From a virus, in the IMG/VR virus record IMGVR_UViG_3300036846_000488, positions 17,257 to 81,256 of that record: a DNA stretch of 64,000 nt; one strand, 5' to 3'. How positions within the stretch are numbered: position 1 is the first letter of the stretch; each line of letters opens with the position of its first letter. Below the pieces are notes generated by a model. It made no database searches. It was given only the letters and a program-made list of their open reading frames with translations, and was not told the origin of the DNA. Shown in pieces: positions 50,854-61,652 of the stretch. The position numbers were made by a program, and so were the translations under genes.

Positions 50854-51231
50854 TTACCCGAAGGACACCGCGAGCTGTCCGGCGTGCAGGACGTAGCCCC
50901 TCCCGTTCAGCACCATCACCGGGTCCGGCAGATCGCCGTACGCCCTCAGGAAGCCCGCCTTGTCCCCCGGGCTCCTCCGGTTCCAGACTCCGAAGTAGAC
51001 CAGCTTGGTCTGGGTCAGCCCGGTGAACCTGGCATCGACCATCGACCAGATCGCCCGGTTGTTGGGCTGGGAGAAGCTCATCTTGAACCGGTTGTAGCCA
51101 CCACCGGAGATCTCGGCTCGGTCCGATCCACCCAGCGCCGGGCTGTCGTAGTGCAGGCTGATCCAACCCGCGTCCGCGATCTCTTGCAGCCAGGCGTGGG
51201 CCTGCTCGTCGGTGACGCTGCCATCGGTCAT
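50854..51231 (-). CDS. Minor tail protein
   Basis: ISLH...P.....EISGGGY.R...F; paralogous to 54456-54899. Confidence 0.75.
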   Translation of the reverse strand: MTDGSVTDEQAHAWLQEIADAGWISLHYDSPALGGSDRAEISGGGYNRFKMSFSQPNNRAIWSMVDARFTGLTQTKLVYFGVWNRRSPGDKAGFLRAYGDLPDPVMVLNGRGYVLHAGQLAVSFG

Positions 51232-53462
51232 GACTGACCAGGCTCCTGCCTGATGAAACGCCCTTGGAAGTACACAGGCTGATCTCCTTGGTCATCGCAG
51301 TAGATCATCACGAACAGCATCCCAGCCCAGGCCTGGTCCTGGTTGGGGTCGGTCAAGGAGACACTGACGTTGGTCAGGTCCCAGCTCCAGGCGGCGTCAT
51401 CGGAGAGCAGACCGGTCCGGCTCGCGCCCTTGGAGAACCGACCAGGTGAGTACCCAGCCGGCTCGTAGTAGTTCCCCCAACCCACCTTCGGGTCCACCTT
51501 CGGCATCTGGCTGTCGTCGCCCCAGGGGAACTGAGTGCCGTCCGGCTGGATCTTCTCCCAGCCACCTCGGAAGAAGGGATGGGTCTGAGCATGCCCGTTC
51601 GCGTTCTCGTAGGTGGTCGGGATCACCGTGCCGCTCACCCGGCGGGCCGGCAGGTAGGGCGGGAAGTCACTCATCGTCCGAGGCCCGGGGAACCGGGGCA
51701 TCGAGTCGATCGCAGTGGAGTTGTTGTCATAGACCGACAGGTGGAACTTCACCGGCATCACGTTCCCGCTCTTGTCGTACGCCGCCAGCTGGGAGATCCG
51801 GATGGTGCCAGCCTGGGACATCCGGATCGGCACCGCGTACACCGGCTTGCCCTTGCCGCGCTGTTGAACTGCCGACCAGTTGTTGTTGGAGTCGTCCGGG
51901 TCGGTCGGACCGATCTTGATGTACCAGTTCGGGTGTGCACTCGGCGGGTACTTCTTGGTCCAGGACTCGAACGGGAACTCCGCGTGCGGGTCGGTGATCT
52001 TCTCGTTGTAGAACTCCTTGGCCGGGGTCGGGATGATCCCGGAGCCCGACTTGTAGGACCAGGGCAGCACCAGGTCCTGGATGGTGTTGGAGTACTTACC
52101 GGTCTGCAGCGCTCGCAGCGGGGTCAGTGCGTCCCTGGTCCGCTCCTTCACCTCCTGCACGGTCAGCGCGTCACGGTACTTGGTGTCGAAGGTCAGCGAG
52201 GTCTCCAGCGAGGTGAAGTCGGCGGTGCACTCGGTGACATGAGCCATCACTCCCTCTCGAACCCCGAACAGCCCATGCATCCGGATCGTCTGTCCACCCC
52301 GGATCATCAGCCGTGGGCACAGCGCGCCGCTGGAGTACCTCGGGTCCGAGGTCAGGGTGACCGAGCCGGTGATCCCGGGCTCGGCGAACCGCTGGTACTG
52401 AGCCTGCGCGATGGTCATCGCGCTCACCTCGTCCACCCCGGTCAGGAACTGCAGCATCGTCTCCTTGGGCTTCACCCTCGGGTCGTAGCTGGGGTTGCTC
52501 TTCCTCGGGTACATCCGCGGGTTGTAGGCGAACGGCTCGAAGTAGGTGCTCCGGCCATCGGGAGAGACCTGGATGTTGGAGAAGGCGATCCCGGCCTCGT
52601 CCGTGCCCGAGCCGTAGATCACTCCAGCACGCTGGGTGTAGTCCTTGGTCCCGTTCATGCTGACCCCGGGCGCACCCAGGTAGATCTCGATGATCTGATC
52701 GTCCTGAGCATCCGGGATCTTCCGGAGGAACAGCTCGGGTCGCCGGTGGCCGCGGTTCCGGATCGTCCACTGGGTCCCGCCCTGGTCGTACATCACCGAC
52801 AGCATGGTCTGCACGTAGCTGGTCAGCAGCACCTCCCAGGAGCCAGTGGACCGAGAGGTGAGACCAGTCCAGCGCTGCCCGGTGGCCACTCCCCAGGGCT
52901 TCAGCGCGCTCAGGTACTTCGGGTCGGTGAACGCCGGCACCCTGGTGTCCCAGTCCTCCGGAAACACCACCCGGAACTTGCCCAGGTGCGAAGGATGCTC
53001 GGTCTGGTCGAAGGCCTGCGCGATCAGGATCTCGTACGGAATCGGCTGCTTCGGGAAGGACGGGATCGCCAGGTAGTCGTCCAGCCCGTAGAGAGCTCCC
53101 TTCAGGTCCGTGGTGAAACTGCTGTCCGAGCCGTTCAGGGAGAAGCTGTAGGAGGCGATGTAGCCCTCCCAGCGCCAGTCGAAGTCGTAGCCACCCACGT
53201 TCTGGAACACGATGTCGATGTCGCAGTTCGGGACCAGCCAGTCCAGGTCCCCGGCTCCCGGGGTGTCGAAGACCGTGATCTGCGGGAAGTTCAGCTGAGC
53301 CGTCACCTCGGTGAACGGGTCCTGGGTGGACACCGAGCCGATCTTGACCGGAGCGCCCCGGAACAGCGTCACTTCGCGCTGGAACCCACCAGGCGGAGTG
53401 GCGAAGATCCGGAAGAACCCCAGCGGCTCCTGCTCACTGGCGTACGCCGTCAGTGACTTCAT
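51228..53462 (-). CDS. Large minor tail (tail tip/hub) protein
   Basis: Likely start MKSLTAY; position downstream of the tape measure gene. Confidence 0.72.
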   Translation of the reverse strand: MKSLTAYASEQEPLGFFRIFATPPGGFQREVTLFRGAPVKIGSVSTQDPFTEVTAQLNFPQITVFDTPGAGDLDWLVPNCDIDIVFQNVGGYDFDWRWEGYIASYSFSLNGSDSSFTTDLKGALYGLDDYLAIPSFPKQPIPYEILIAQAFDQTEHPSHLGKFRVVFPEDWDTRVPAFTDPKYLSALKPWGVATGQRWTGLTSRSTGSWEVLLTSYVQTMLSVMYDQGGTQWTIRNRGHRRPELFLRKIPDAQDDQIIEIYLGAPGVSMNGTKDYTQRAGVIYGSGTDEAGIAFSNIQVSPDGRSTYFEPFAYNPRMYPRKSNPSYDPRVKPKETMLQFLTGVDEVSAMTIAQAQYQRFAEPGITGSVTLTSDPRYSSGALCPRLMIRGGQTIRMHGLFGVREGVMAHVTECTADFTSLETSLTFDTKYRDALTVQEVKERTRDALTPLRALQTGKYSNTIQDLVLPWSYKSGSGIIPTPAKEFYNEKITDPHAEFPFESWTKKYPPSAHPNWYIKIGPTDPDDSNNNWSAVQQRGKGKPVYAVPIRMSQAGTIRISQLAAYDKSGNVMPVKFHLSVYDNNSTAIDSMPRFPGPRTMSDFPPYLPARRVSGTVIPTTYENANGHAQTHPFFRGGWEKIQPDGTQFPWGDDSQMPKVDPKVGWGNYYEPAGYSPGRFSKGASRTGLLSDDAAWSWDLTNVSVSLTDPNQDQAWAGMLFVMIYCDDQGDQPVYFQGRFIRQEPGQS

Positions 53463-53478
53463 GACGAGCTCTGCGAGT

Positions 53479-54456
53479 TCACTGATCGTCGCCTCCGTAG
53501 ACCTTGGCCAGCGTAGTGATCTCATTGACGACATCGGCGCGGCTCAGCGCGTCTCCGTAGATGCTGAGATCGAGCAGCGCCATGTCCATGGTGGAGGCAC
53601 CCACAGAAGGGCTGTTCCCGAGCCAGAATGAGGTGTTCAGCGGCACCGGAACTGCTCCTGCAGCCAGAGCCCGGTGCAGCACCTTGGAGGGCCCAGAGGC
53701 GGCATACAGCGTCGTCTGCGGCCTGCTCACCACCATCGCCAGGTAGGTAGGCGCGGTGCTGGAGAGCGCATTGGTGATCGGCACCCCCTGCTGAGCCGGC
53801 TTGGACTCGGTGGTCATCCAGATCGACTGGCTCCGTACCGTGAGACTGACCCAGTTCCCGGTGAGGTCTGCAGGACACCACAGCGCGTTCTCCACCACGT
53901 CGGCGTTCCCGTAGACCGAGCTCGGACTGAGCACCATCAGCACCGTGTAGCCGCTGGTCCCGCCCATGAACAGGCCCAGGTCGTTCCACATGTAGTCGGC
54001 GGTGTCGGAGTCGAAGTTCAGCGCGGTCATCCCCACGAACCGCTCGTCACCGAACCGGTACTCGAAGTCGGTGATCAAGGTGGGTAGATGATCCGGAGTG
54101 GACACCCAGGGCGAGACGTGACCCTGGATCGGCGTCCACTCGCAGGTCACCTGATCGAAGTAGCTGTCATCGGCCACCCAGCGCATCCCCGCCTCGGTGG
54201 TCAGCGCGGTGGGGGCGTCCCGGTTTCCCAGCACATCTCCCTCGGCTGAGACCAGCACCTCGATCTGGATGTCGCAGTCCGGGACCGGGATCGGCCAGCC
54301 GGACATGATCCGGTACTCGTCGACCTCGAACGCCGCGCTCTTCAGCGGGTACAGCCCACCGGGGACATCCAGCAGCTGGGGTGGGATCTTGTTCGCGCGT
54401 CCGCGCGCGGTCACCTGGACCTCGGTCTTGCCGGGGACGACCGGAACCTGAGCCAT
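53479..54456 (-). CDS. Minor tail protein with a LamG-like C-terminus
   Basis: M.LLDL.IY..AL...V.....L...YG. Confidence 0.72.
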   Translation of the reverse strand: MAQVPVVPGKTEVQVTARGRANKIPPQLLDVPGGLYPLKSAAFEVDEYRIMSGWPIPVPDCDIQIEVLVSAEGDVLGNRDAPTALTTEAGMRWVADDSYFDQVTCEWTPIQGHVSPWVSTPDHLPTLITDFEYRFGDERFVGMTALNFDSDTADYMWNDLGLFMGGTSGYTVLMVLSPSSVYGNADVVENALWCPADLTGNWVSLTVRSQSIWMTTESKPAQQGVPITNALSSTAPTYLAMVVSRPQTTLYAASGPSKVLHRALAAGAVPVPLNTSFWLGNSPSVGASTMDMALLDLSIYGDALSRADVVNEITTLAKVYGGDDQ

Positions 54457-54899
54457 CAGCTGTCCTCCTCCTGCAGGAAGAACGGACCCAGCGACACACT
54501 CAGGTCACCCTCGGAGATCACCGCCTGATCGCCTGTCGTGATCTGGATCGGATCCTCCAGGTCCCCGACGATGAGGTTGAAGCCGTCCACCGGGGCGTTG
54601 CACAGCGCCCAGTAGTTGATCTGACCCCAGTCCGAGGTGGCCGTGACGTACTGCGCCGGCAGCACGTTGTAGATCTCCTGAGGCTGGGAGTCGTTCACCC
54701 AGTTCAACTGGTCGTTGGGGATCTCGATCCGGGCGTAGTCGTCGTTGTCCGGCTCGTCCAGCTCGGTGCCGTCCAGGTACGGAGTGGGTGGATTGATCCG
54801 GATCAGAGCCAGCCAGAAGGAGGGTGGAGGCACCGCAGTGCCACCGAAGTAGGTGGTCAGTAGCTCTCCCGCGCCCCAGACAGTCAGGCGTCCTGACAT
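54456..54899 (-). CDS. Minor tail protein
   Basis: W.AL....P....G.E....YAR...AT.DWG.I..W. Confidence 0.78.
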   Translation of the reverse strand: MSGRLTVWGAGELLTTYFGGTAVPPPSFWLALIRINPPTPYLDGTELDEPDNDDYARIEIPNDQLNWVNDSQPQEIYNVLPAQYVTATSDWGQINYWALCNAPVDGFNLIVGDLEDPIQITTGDQAVISEGDLSVSLGPFFLQEEDS

Positions 54900-55351
54900 C
54901 AGATGTGCTCCCTGACTACATCGGGGTACCGAGGTACTGCGAACTCCGCCTTGGCCATCATCGAGTGGGTCCAGACCTGACCCCGGCTCACGGTGGCGTC
55001 GGCCAGCTGACAGCGCCAGGTCTCCCGGTACTCATCGAAGGTCCACCGGATCCGGAAGTCGTACTGCTCGAACAGCTCGGTCAGCGTGAACAGGTTGTCG
55101 CTCAGATCGGTCTGAGACTGACCATAGACCCAGACCGCGATCTGCTCGCCCACCATCTCCGGGACCGCATGGATCAGGTAGTTGCCGCCCAGGATCGGGG
55201 AGTCCGCGACCACCTTTCGCCAGGTCTTCTGAGTGGAGTCGCGGGTGGAGTCACCAGAGATCTTGTAGATGTCGCCGTCGTTCAGATTCACCCAGCGCGA
55301 GCCCCAGGAGACCTCCACCGCCATGTAGTCCAGGCCGGTCTTGGTGGTCAT
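54899..55351 (-). CDS. Minor tail protein (distal tail protein position)
   Basis: 150 aa, directly after the tape measure gene. Confidence 0.65.
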   Translation of the reverse strand: MTTKTGLDYMAVEVSWGSRWVNLNDGDIYKISGDSTRDSTQKTWRKVVADSPILGGNYLIHAVPEMVGEQIAVWVYGQSQTDLSDNLFTLTELFEQYDFRIRWTFDEYRETWRCQLADATVSRGQVWTHSMMAKAEFAVPRYPDVVREHI

Positions 55352-58300
55352 GCCGCTGATCCTGTCAGGGCCGGCCTGCTCAGAGCCATCACCCGCTGCC
55401 GGGCCTGCAGCTTGGCCAGCAGCTCACCCGGGTCGTTGGCCTGGACCGTGATCGGGCCGGTGAAGTTCGTGGACTTGTCGATCCGGGTGTTGTAGACGCT
55501 GATCCCACCCCGCATCGGGCTGGACCCCATCCCGACTCCCCGGGCCTCGACGCCCAGCATCGCCTTGGTCAGGAACTCCCCACCCCGGTCGTTCAGCGGG
55601 ATCACCGCCTCCGGCCCCCGCTCCCCCACCCCGATCGTGGTGGCCTTGTTGAACACTGCCCCGTCTCCGTACCAGTTGTGGTCCTGCCAGAAGTTCCAGG
55701 CTCCGTGCGGGTCCTTGTACCGGTCCTTGATGTACTGCAGCCCGTACTGGGTCTGCTTCCAGGGGTCGGAGGTCTTGCGCCCGCCGTAGTTGCCCCAGGT
55801 GCCATCCAGGAACTGGAACATGCCGTACGCCGTGCTGGTCGGGTTCTGGGCGGTGTTGTTGAACCCGGACTCGTGCATCACGATCTGCCGCAGGTCGCCC
55901 CACTGGTCGCCCCAGCCCATCCGGTTCGCGCCGACGTGCACGATCCCCTCGTTGGACAGGTTCGCGCTCGGCTCGTTCCCGAGACTGCCCGGACCAGGGT
56001 CGGCCCCGGTCGCACGCCGACGCAGCCGACGCATCACATCCCGACCCATCCGGTTGATCACCTTGGAGATGTCTCCGGGGTTCAGGGGGTGCGCTCCCTC
56101 CATCGCCCACGCCGCCCTCTCGGCTGCAGGGTAGCGGTCCTTGAAGATCTTCTTCAGCATCCCCGGAGTCACTCCGGTACCAGCCTCGGTGGCAGCTCCG
56201 TAGCCGGTGTGCCCGGCTCCGTGCAGGAAGCTCAGGATCTCCTGGCTGGTGCCGCCGGGGAAGCCGATGTGCAGGTGCGGGCCGGTGGAGTGCCCGGTCG
56301 AGCCCACGTTGCCGATGTACTGCCCTGCCGAGACCATCTGGCCGGCGTGCACGGCCACCTTGGAGCCGTGTCCGTAGACCAGCGTCCCGTACGGCCCGGA
56401 CTCGAAGATCGCGTCGCCGTAGCCGTGGTTCCAGCCGGTGTAGCTGATCCTGCCGGGGACAGCGGCATAGAAGGGCTTGCCCAGGTCGTTCGGGGAGTTC
56501 AGGTCGATGCCGTCGTGACCGGGGTAGGTCGACCAGGTGGAGTTGGGCAGCGGCCAGACCACGCCGCCCTTGGCGAACCCACCGTGCCGAGCCTGGTGGT
56601 TCATCTGGTCGATGGTCTCCCGGCCCACTGCCCGCGCCCACTCCGGACGCATGATCGCCTCGCCACCGCCGACGTGGATGGTCTGGGTGTCCCGATCCGG
56701 GGTGTAGCCCGGCACCATGCCACCAGTGTGGTAGCCCGGCTGGGTCCCGGAGTGCCGGCCAGGGATGTCGCTGGGGCTGTTCATGGTCGGCACCGAGGCC
56801 ACCGTGTTCACGCCCTTGGGCGCGGTGTACTTGAACCCGAAGATCCCAGCCAGCTCGGTCATCATCTCGACCGCCACCGGGCTGGTGGAGTTCTTCAGGT
56901 GCCGGTAGCTCCTCAGCACTGCCTCGGCCTGCTTCTGCGCGTGCCCGGTCAGGTGGTTCACGCTCTGGGTCAGGATGTCCTCGAAGTCCCCGGTGATCTC
57001 CTTGCCCACATTGGCCAGGTCGTCGGCGGAGCGCTGCATCTGAGTGATGTAGGCCGTGTGCTGACGCTCAGCAGCGGTGTCGAAGTCCACCGACTGCCGA
57101 TCCATCATCTTGTTGAACTCCTTGCGCTGCCGCTCCATGGTGCGCGCGAAGTCATCGGCCCCCTGCCGCATCGACAGGTCATGGGCCTTCTGGGACCGGC
57201 TCTCGCTCAGTGCGAAGCTCCGCCTGGTCTCCGAGGCCCCCAGGTCCGACTCGTCCTGGCCCAGTGCCTTGGCCGCCTTGACCCGGGCGTCTCCCATCTG
57301 GTTGTACTGCCGGATCAGCCGCGGGTTGAGATCGTTGACCAGGCTCTGCACCTGCTGCGCGTTGTTCGGGTCGGTCAGCTTCAGCTGCTGGATCGCGTTG
57401 GTGCTGAGCCCTTCCCGGCGCAGCTTGTTGAGGTTCGACTCCTGCTCCTGCATCCGCACGATCTGGTCCTGGGCGTTGGACAGGATCCACTCCGCGGAGG
57501 AGGTGCGCTGCACGTCCACCCGCTTGTAGATGTCCATCACGCTCATGGCCATCTGCTTGGAGGAGACCTCGATCTGGTGGTTGAAGTCGGCCTCGGCCTG
57601 TCGGCGCTGCAGGTTGTACTGGTAGTTGGCCCGGCGAACGCTGCGGTTGTAGTCCTCGGTGGCGTACTGCCGCTGCTGCTGGAAGTCGGTCTCGGCCCGG
57701 CTCCGCTGCAGGTTGAAGTCGTGCTCCTGGTACCCGCGCTGCAGGTTGTAGTCGTCTTGGGCCCGGGTCCGGCTGATCTCGTACTGGTTCTGCATCAGCA
57801 GCATCTGCTGGAAGTAGCTGTACTGGGCCTGGACCTGCTGCTGGTAGAGGCTCTTCTCCTGGTTCCGCTGATCCGGGGTCAGCGGCCCCATCGCGCCAGT
57901 CATCATCCCCTGGAAGACCTGGCTCTGCTGACCGAACTGCTGGCCCCGACCCATGTAGGTCTGCGCCTGCTGCGCGTTCTGGAGGATGATTCCCATCCCC
58001 TGCTGAGCGATGTCCGAGCCCATCGCCGGGTCACCGGCGGACAGGTTGGAGACCCGGTTCAGGTACTTGACCTGCTGTCCGATCCCCATCCCCGAGGTGG
58101 AGATCTGGTTGGCGACATCGTTGATCGCTCGGTACTGAGCTACCGGGTCGCCCTCGGTGGACAGTGCCTTCTTCACCGAAGCGAGGTTCAGGATGCCGCC
58201 GGCTCCGAACAGCTCCTTGGTGGCGTCCTTGATCTGGGAGGCCGCGTCCTTGGCGTCCCCGGGCTCTCCAGCCGGAGCCTGGTAGATCTTCCGGTACACC

Positions 58301-61293
58301 GCCGCGGCTGCCTGGTCCCCGGTCAGGTCGGTGTTCCTGATCCCGTAGTGGGACAGCGCGTCCCGCCGCCGGTCCTCGTCAGTACCCAGGTACCCGCCCT
58401 TCCCGAACGCTCCCTGCAGGTACTCCTTCAGTCCGCCGCCCTTGGTCAGGAAGGTCGACTCCGCCGAGGTCTGGTCGAGGTCCAGCCCGAACATCGCCTT
58501 GGCGGTGGCCTGCTGGAAGTTTCCGGTGACGCTGGTACCGGCCTGATCCGGGCTGGCCATGGAGAAGCCCCGGATCAGTCGGTTGTACTGGTTGCCCCGG
58601 AACCGAGCGGCCTGAGCCGGGCTCTGCGTGGACAGGTAGTCGTACTGATCGCTGAGCGAGCCGTAGGCCCGGTTCATCAGATCCGAGGTCCGCCCCGCGT
58701 CCTGGATGCCGTACGCCCGGTTGATCGGGGTCAGCACCCCGCCCCAGCCACCGTGGTACCCGGGTCGAGCCGCAGACGGGACCAGCGACAGCGGAGAGGT
58801 CAGTGAGGTGCCTCCCTGGTCCAGGGCATTGAGCATCTTCTGGGCCTTGTCCCGACCGAACTTGTTGGTCAGGTCCATGGCCACGTCATTGACCGCGGAT
58901 GGCGTCTTGGAGAGGTAGGACCACTGCCCACTGAGCATGGTCATCGCCTGATCCTCATTGCTGGGGATCGCGGAGTTGACCGGCTTGTAGCCACCTCCCT
59001 GAGCGATCTGCGCCTCGCGAACCGAGATGTTCCGAGCACCGGCAGCCGTGATCGTGCGTCGGTTCGCCGGACTGGTCGCCTGGGAGGCCGCAGTCGGTAC
59101 CGCGGAGACTCCGGCTGCCTGGTAGTACGGGTTCAGCGCGTTCTGGTAGTCGGTGTACTGGAACTTGGTCTTCGACTCCTGACCCTGCAGGTAGGAGACC
59201 AGCGAGAACAGCCCGATCCCGGCAGCCCCGACTCCCATCATTCCGCTGCCGGCGATCGCTCCGGCACCACGAGCCAGCAGCCCGCCACCCTCCTTGGCCG
59301 CGGTGCCGGCAGTCAGCGTCATCGAGCCCAGCAGTGAGCCCATCCCACGACCGAAGGCCCCCATTCCCTTGGAGGCCGACATCGTGGACTTCTCCAGCTC
59401 GGCCATCGCCCGGGCGTTCTTGGTGTACTGCATCGCCTGGGCCTCGGCGGTCTTCATCTTCTCCGCATCCGAGGTGAGCCCGGAGAGCCGGCCAGACCTG
59501 AGCTGGTCGTAGTTCTGGTTGATCCTCGCGGCCTCCGCGTACGCCATCGGTGCGCCGCCGCGAGTCGTGAACGCCGGGTCGCCGGAGGCTCCGCTCATGA
59601 ACCGGGTGTAGCCAGACCTCACGTTGGACCCGAACGGACCCATGAAGGCCATGGACCCGCGTGCTGTGGACGAGGAGAACATCTGCGGACGCCGGGTCCA
59701 GTCCGAGGAGACACCTCCGCCGTAGAGCACATCACCACCGAACCGAGCGCTGGTGCCCAGTCCGGTCAGACCCCAGCCCACCGCCCGGGACAGCGCGCCA
59801 GACCCTTCGCGCTCAACGGCTCCGTATCCCACCGCCCGAGACAGCCGGGCACCGCTGGAGAACAACCCGCGCGAGGCCCAGCCGGCTCGACCCAGCTCCG
59901 CCTCGGTCATCACCGCATTGCCCAGACCGGCAGTGGCTCCGGTCACCGCTCCCTGCCGGCGGAAGCCGGTGACGAACCCGGAGTTCACTACCTGGTTGAT
60001 GGCCGCGAACGCCGCCAGCGCCTTGGCCAGCAGCAGCACAGTCCCGGCCAGCGCAGCGATCGGGATGGCCGTAGCGGTCGCCCAGGCTGCCAGCTTCCCG
60101 GCTGGGGAGTTCATGAAGGAGTTGGCCGCAGCCGCGCCCATCGTCAGCAGCTTGATGAACAAGCCCGCTGCCGGCGCGAAGTTCTTCCCGAAGGCCTCGG
60201 CAGTCTGGTTCAGCTCGGCTCGGAGCTTCCCCAGATTCTCGGTCAGCCCGTCCATCGCGGTCTCCGAGCCGCGATCGATGGCTCCTTGATCAGCCCCACG
60301 CGCCGCCTGCAGCTCGCCGGCGATACCACCGGGCTGCTGAGCCATCGCCGAGACGGCTCGAACGGTGCGCATCCCGTCCAGACCCATCCGGTTCAGGGTG
60401 GTGATCGCGCGCGGGCCCTGCTGGTTGATCGACTCGAAGACCCGCAGGATCTGGTCGCTGGCCCCCAGCGACTTGAACTGACCCACGGTCATCCCGACCA
60501 GGTTCGCGTACTTGGCCAGCTCCGGTGACCCGGACTGGGTGGCGTAGGCGATGTTCTGGACCATGGTGCCGAAGGCGTTCCCGGCCTGCATCCCGTCCTG
60601 GCCGGCCTTGATGAAGGCGTTCGACCAACCCATGATGTCGGTCTGGGACATGTTCACCAGTCGACCCAGCGGAGCGATCGAGTTCGCGAACGACAGGATC
60701 GAGGTGGCACTCGCATCCGAGCGAGCCTGGAGGACAGCCAGCTCGTTGGAGTACTTCTCGGTGTCCCGCTGGCTGGTGCCCATGGTCCGCTGGAGCTGGA
60801 GCATCCCCTGAGCCAGCGCCTGAGGACTGTCCTGAGTGGTCTTCCCCAGCTTCTCGAAGGTGGTGGCCAGCTTGTCCACCGTGGTGGTGTTGTCCTGCAG
60901 CTTGGAGAGCGTCTGCACCAGCGCAGCGGCACCGGCAGTGGTCTCTCCGAAGGAGGACCGAACGCTGTTGACCGAGGTGGCGTAGGAGTTGAAGGTGCTC
61001 TTCTGCATCTCCATGTTCTTGTTGAGCACCGCGGACTGAGTGTTCAGCCCCTCCATCTGGTGCTCCCACGCGCCGTACGCCGCGGTGGCTGCGGTGATCG
61101 TGGCCACATCCGCGACCGAGACCCCGATCAGCTTCCGGCCTGCGGACTTGGCCAGGTTGTTGAGCTTCATGCCCAACGAGTCGACCGACTTGCCCAGGTT
61201 GTCGGTGGCCATCGCCGAAGCGCCCATGGCCTGGTCGTACTGAGTGTTGTCAGTAGTCAGTACGACGTTGGCTTCAACCGGCTGGGCCGTCAT
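55348..61293 (-). CDS. Tape measure protein with M23 peptidase and lytic transglycosylase domains
   Basis: 1981 aa Ala/Gly/Gln-rich; H.GID...HSTGPHLH; HESG...AYGMFQFL...YI..RY; GE.GPEAVIPL. Confidence 0.95.
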   Translation of the reverse strand: MTAQPVEANVVLTTDNTQYDQAMGASAMATDNLGKSVDSLGMKLNNLAKSAGRKLIGVSVADVATITAATAAYGAWEHQMEGLNTQSAVLNKNMEMQKSTFNSYATSVNSVRSSFGETTAGAAALVQTLSKLQDNTTTVDKLATTFEKLGKTTQDSPQALAQGMLQLQRTMGTSQRDTEKYSNELAVLQARSDASATSILSFANSIAPLGRLVNMSQTDIMGWSNAFIKAGQDGMQAGNAFGTMVQNIAYATQSGSPELAKYANLVGMTVGQFKSLGASDQILRVFESINQQGPRAITTLNRMGLDGMRTVRAVSAMAQQPGGIAGELQAARGADQGAIDRGSETAMDGLTENLGKLRAELNQTAEAFGKNFAPAAGLFIKLLTMGAAAANSFMNSPAGKLAAWATATAIPIAALAGTVLLLAKALAAFAAINQVVNSGFVTGFRRQGAVTGATAGLGNAVMTEAELGRAGWASRGLFSSGARLSRAVGYGAVEREGSGALSRAVGWGLTGLGTSARFGGDVLYGGGVSSDWTRRPQMFSSSTARGSMAFMGPFGSNVRSGYTRFMSGASGDPAFTTRGGAPMAYAEAARINQNYDQLRSGRLSGLTSDAEKMKTAEAQAMQYTKNARAMAELEKSTMSASKGMGAFGRGMGSLLGSMTLTAGTAAKEGGGLLARGAGAIAGSGMMGVGAAGIGLFSLVSYLQGQESKTKFQYTDYQNALNPYYQAAGVSAVPTAASQATSPANRRTITAAGARNISVREAQIAQGGGYKPVNSAIPSNEDQAMTMLSGQWSYLSKTPSAVNDVAMDLTNKFGRDKAQKMLNALDQGGTSLTSPLSLVPSAARPGYHGGWGGVLTPINRAYGIQDAGRTSDLMNRAYGSLSDQYDYLSTQSPAQAARFRGNQYNRLIRGFSMASPDQAGTSVTGNFQQATAKAMFGLDLDQTSAESTFLTKGGGLKEYLQGAFGKGGYLGTDEDRRRDALSHYGIRNTDLTGDQAAAAVYRKIYQAPAGEPGDAKDAASQIKDATKELFGAGGILNLASVKKALSTEGDPVAQYRAINDVANQISTSGMGIGQQVKYLNRVSNLSAGDPAMGSDIAQQGMGIILQNAQQAQTYMGRGQQFGQQSQVFQGMMTGAMGPLTPDQRNQEKSLYQQQVQAQYSYFQQMLLMQNQYEISRTRAQDDYNLQRGYQEHDFNLQRSRAETDFQQQRQYATEDYNRSVRRANYQYNLQRRQAEADFNHQIEVSSKQMAMSVMDIYKRVDVQRTSSAEWILSNAQDQIVRMQEQESNLNKLRREGLSTNAIQQLKLTDPNNAQQVQSLVNDLNPRLIRQYNQMGDARVKAAKALGQDESDLGASETRRSFALSESRSQKAHDLSMRQGADDFARTMERQRKEFNKMMDRQSVDFDTAAERQHTAYITQMQRSADDLANVGKEITGDFEDILTQSVNHLTGHAQKQAEAVLRSYRHLKNSTSPVAVEMMTELAGIFGFKYTAPKGVNTVASVPTMNSPSDIPGRHSGTQPGYHTGGMVPGYTPDRDTQTIHVGGGEAIMRPEWARAVGRETIDQMNHQARHGGFAKGGVVWPLPNSTWSTYPGHDGIDLNSPNDLGKPFYAAVPGRISYTGWNHGYGDAIFESGPYGTLVYGHGSKVAVHAGQMVSAGQYIGNVGSTGHSTGPHLHIGFPGGTSQEILSFLHGAGHTGYGAATEAGTGVTPGMLKKIFKDRYPAAERAAWAMEGAHPLNPGDISKVINRMGRDVMRRLRRRATGADPGPGSLGNEPSANLSNEGIVHVGANRMGWGDQWGDLRQIVMHESGFNNTAQNPTSTAYGMFQFLDGTWGNYGGRKTSDPWKQTQYGLQYIKDRYKDPHGAWNFWQDHNWYGDGAVFNKATTIGVGERGPEAVIPLNDRGGEFLTKAMLGVEARGVGMGSSPMRGGISVYNTRIDKSTNFTGPITVQANDPGELLAKLQARQRVMALSRPALTGSAA

Positions 61294-61299
61294 CTCGTC

Positions 61300-61626
61300 C
61301 TAGTCCATCTTCAGCGAGCGGCGTTTCCGAGCCTTCATCGCCATCTGCGCGGTCAGTTGTAGAGTCGTGGGGATCAGTTTGACATTGGTCCCGGGCAGTG
61401 ACGAGCCCTCTGTATCTCCGAAGATCGACTTCTGGTAGCAGCCCTGGCAGAACTCATCGACCGCAGTGAATGCGAACTTGTTCTCCTCCCACTCCCAGCT
61501 GGCTGTCCCACACATCTGACAGCGCAGCGTCTGCTCCATCGCGAAGGCCAGAGTCTTGGCTCGGTCCTCGGGATCCCACTTCAGGAACTTCGAGTGCGGG
61601 ATGGCGTGCTCGAAGCAGTAGGACAT
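61300..61626 (-). CDS. Tail assembly chaperone, post-frameshift part
   Basis: In frame with the -1 shift at CCCTTTC of the upstream gene. Confidence 0.82.
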   Translation of the reverse strand: MSYCFEHAIPHSKFLKWDPEDRAKTLAFAMEQTLRCQMCGTASWEWEENKFAFTAVDEFCQGCYQKSIFGDTEGSSLPGTNVKLIPTTLQLTAQMAMKARKRRSLKMD

Positions 61627-61652
61627 CTCTAGGTAGAAGTTGCGGTCCTTCC

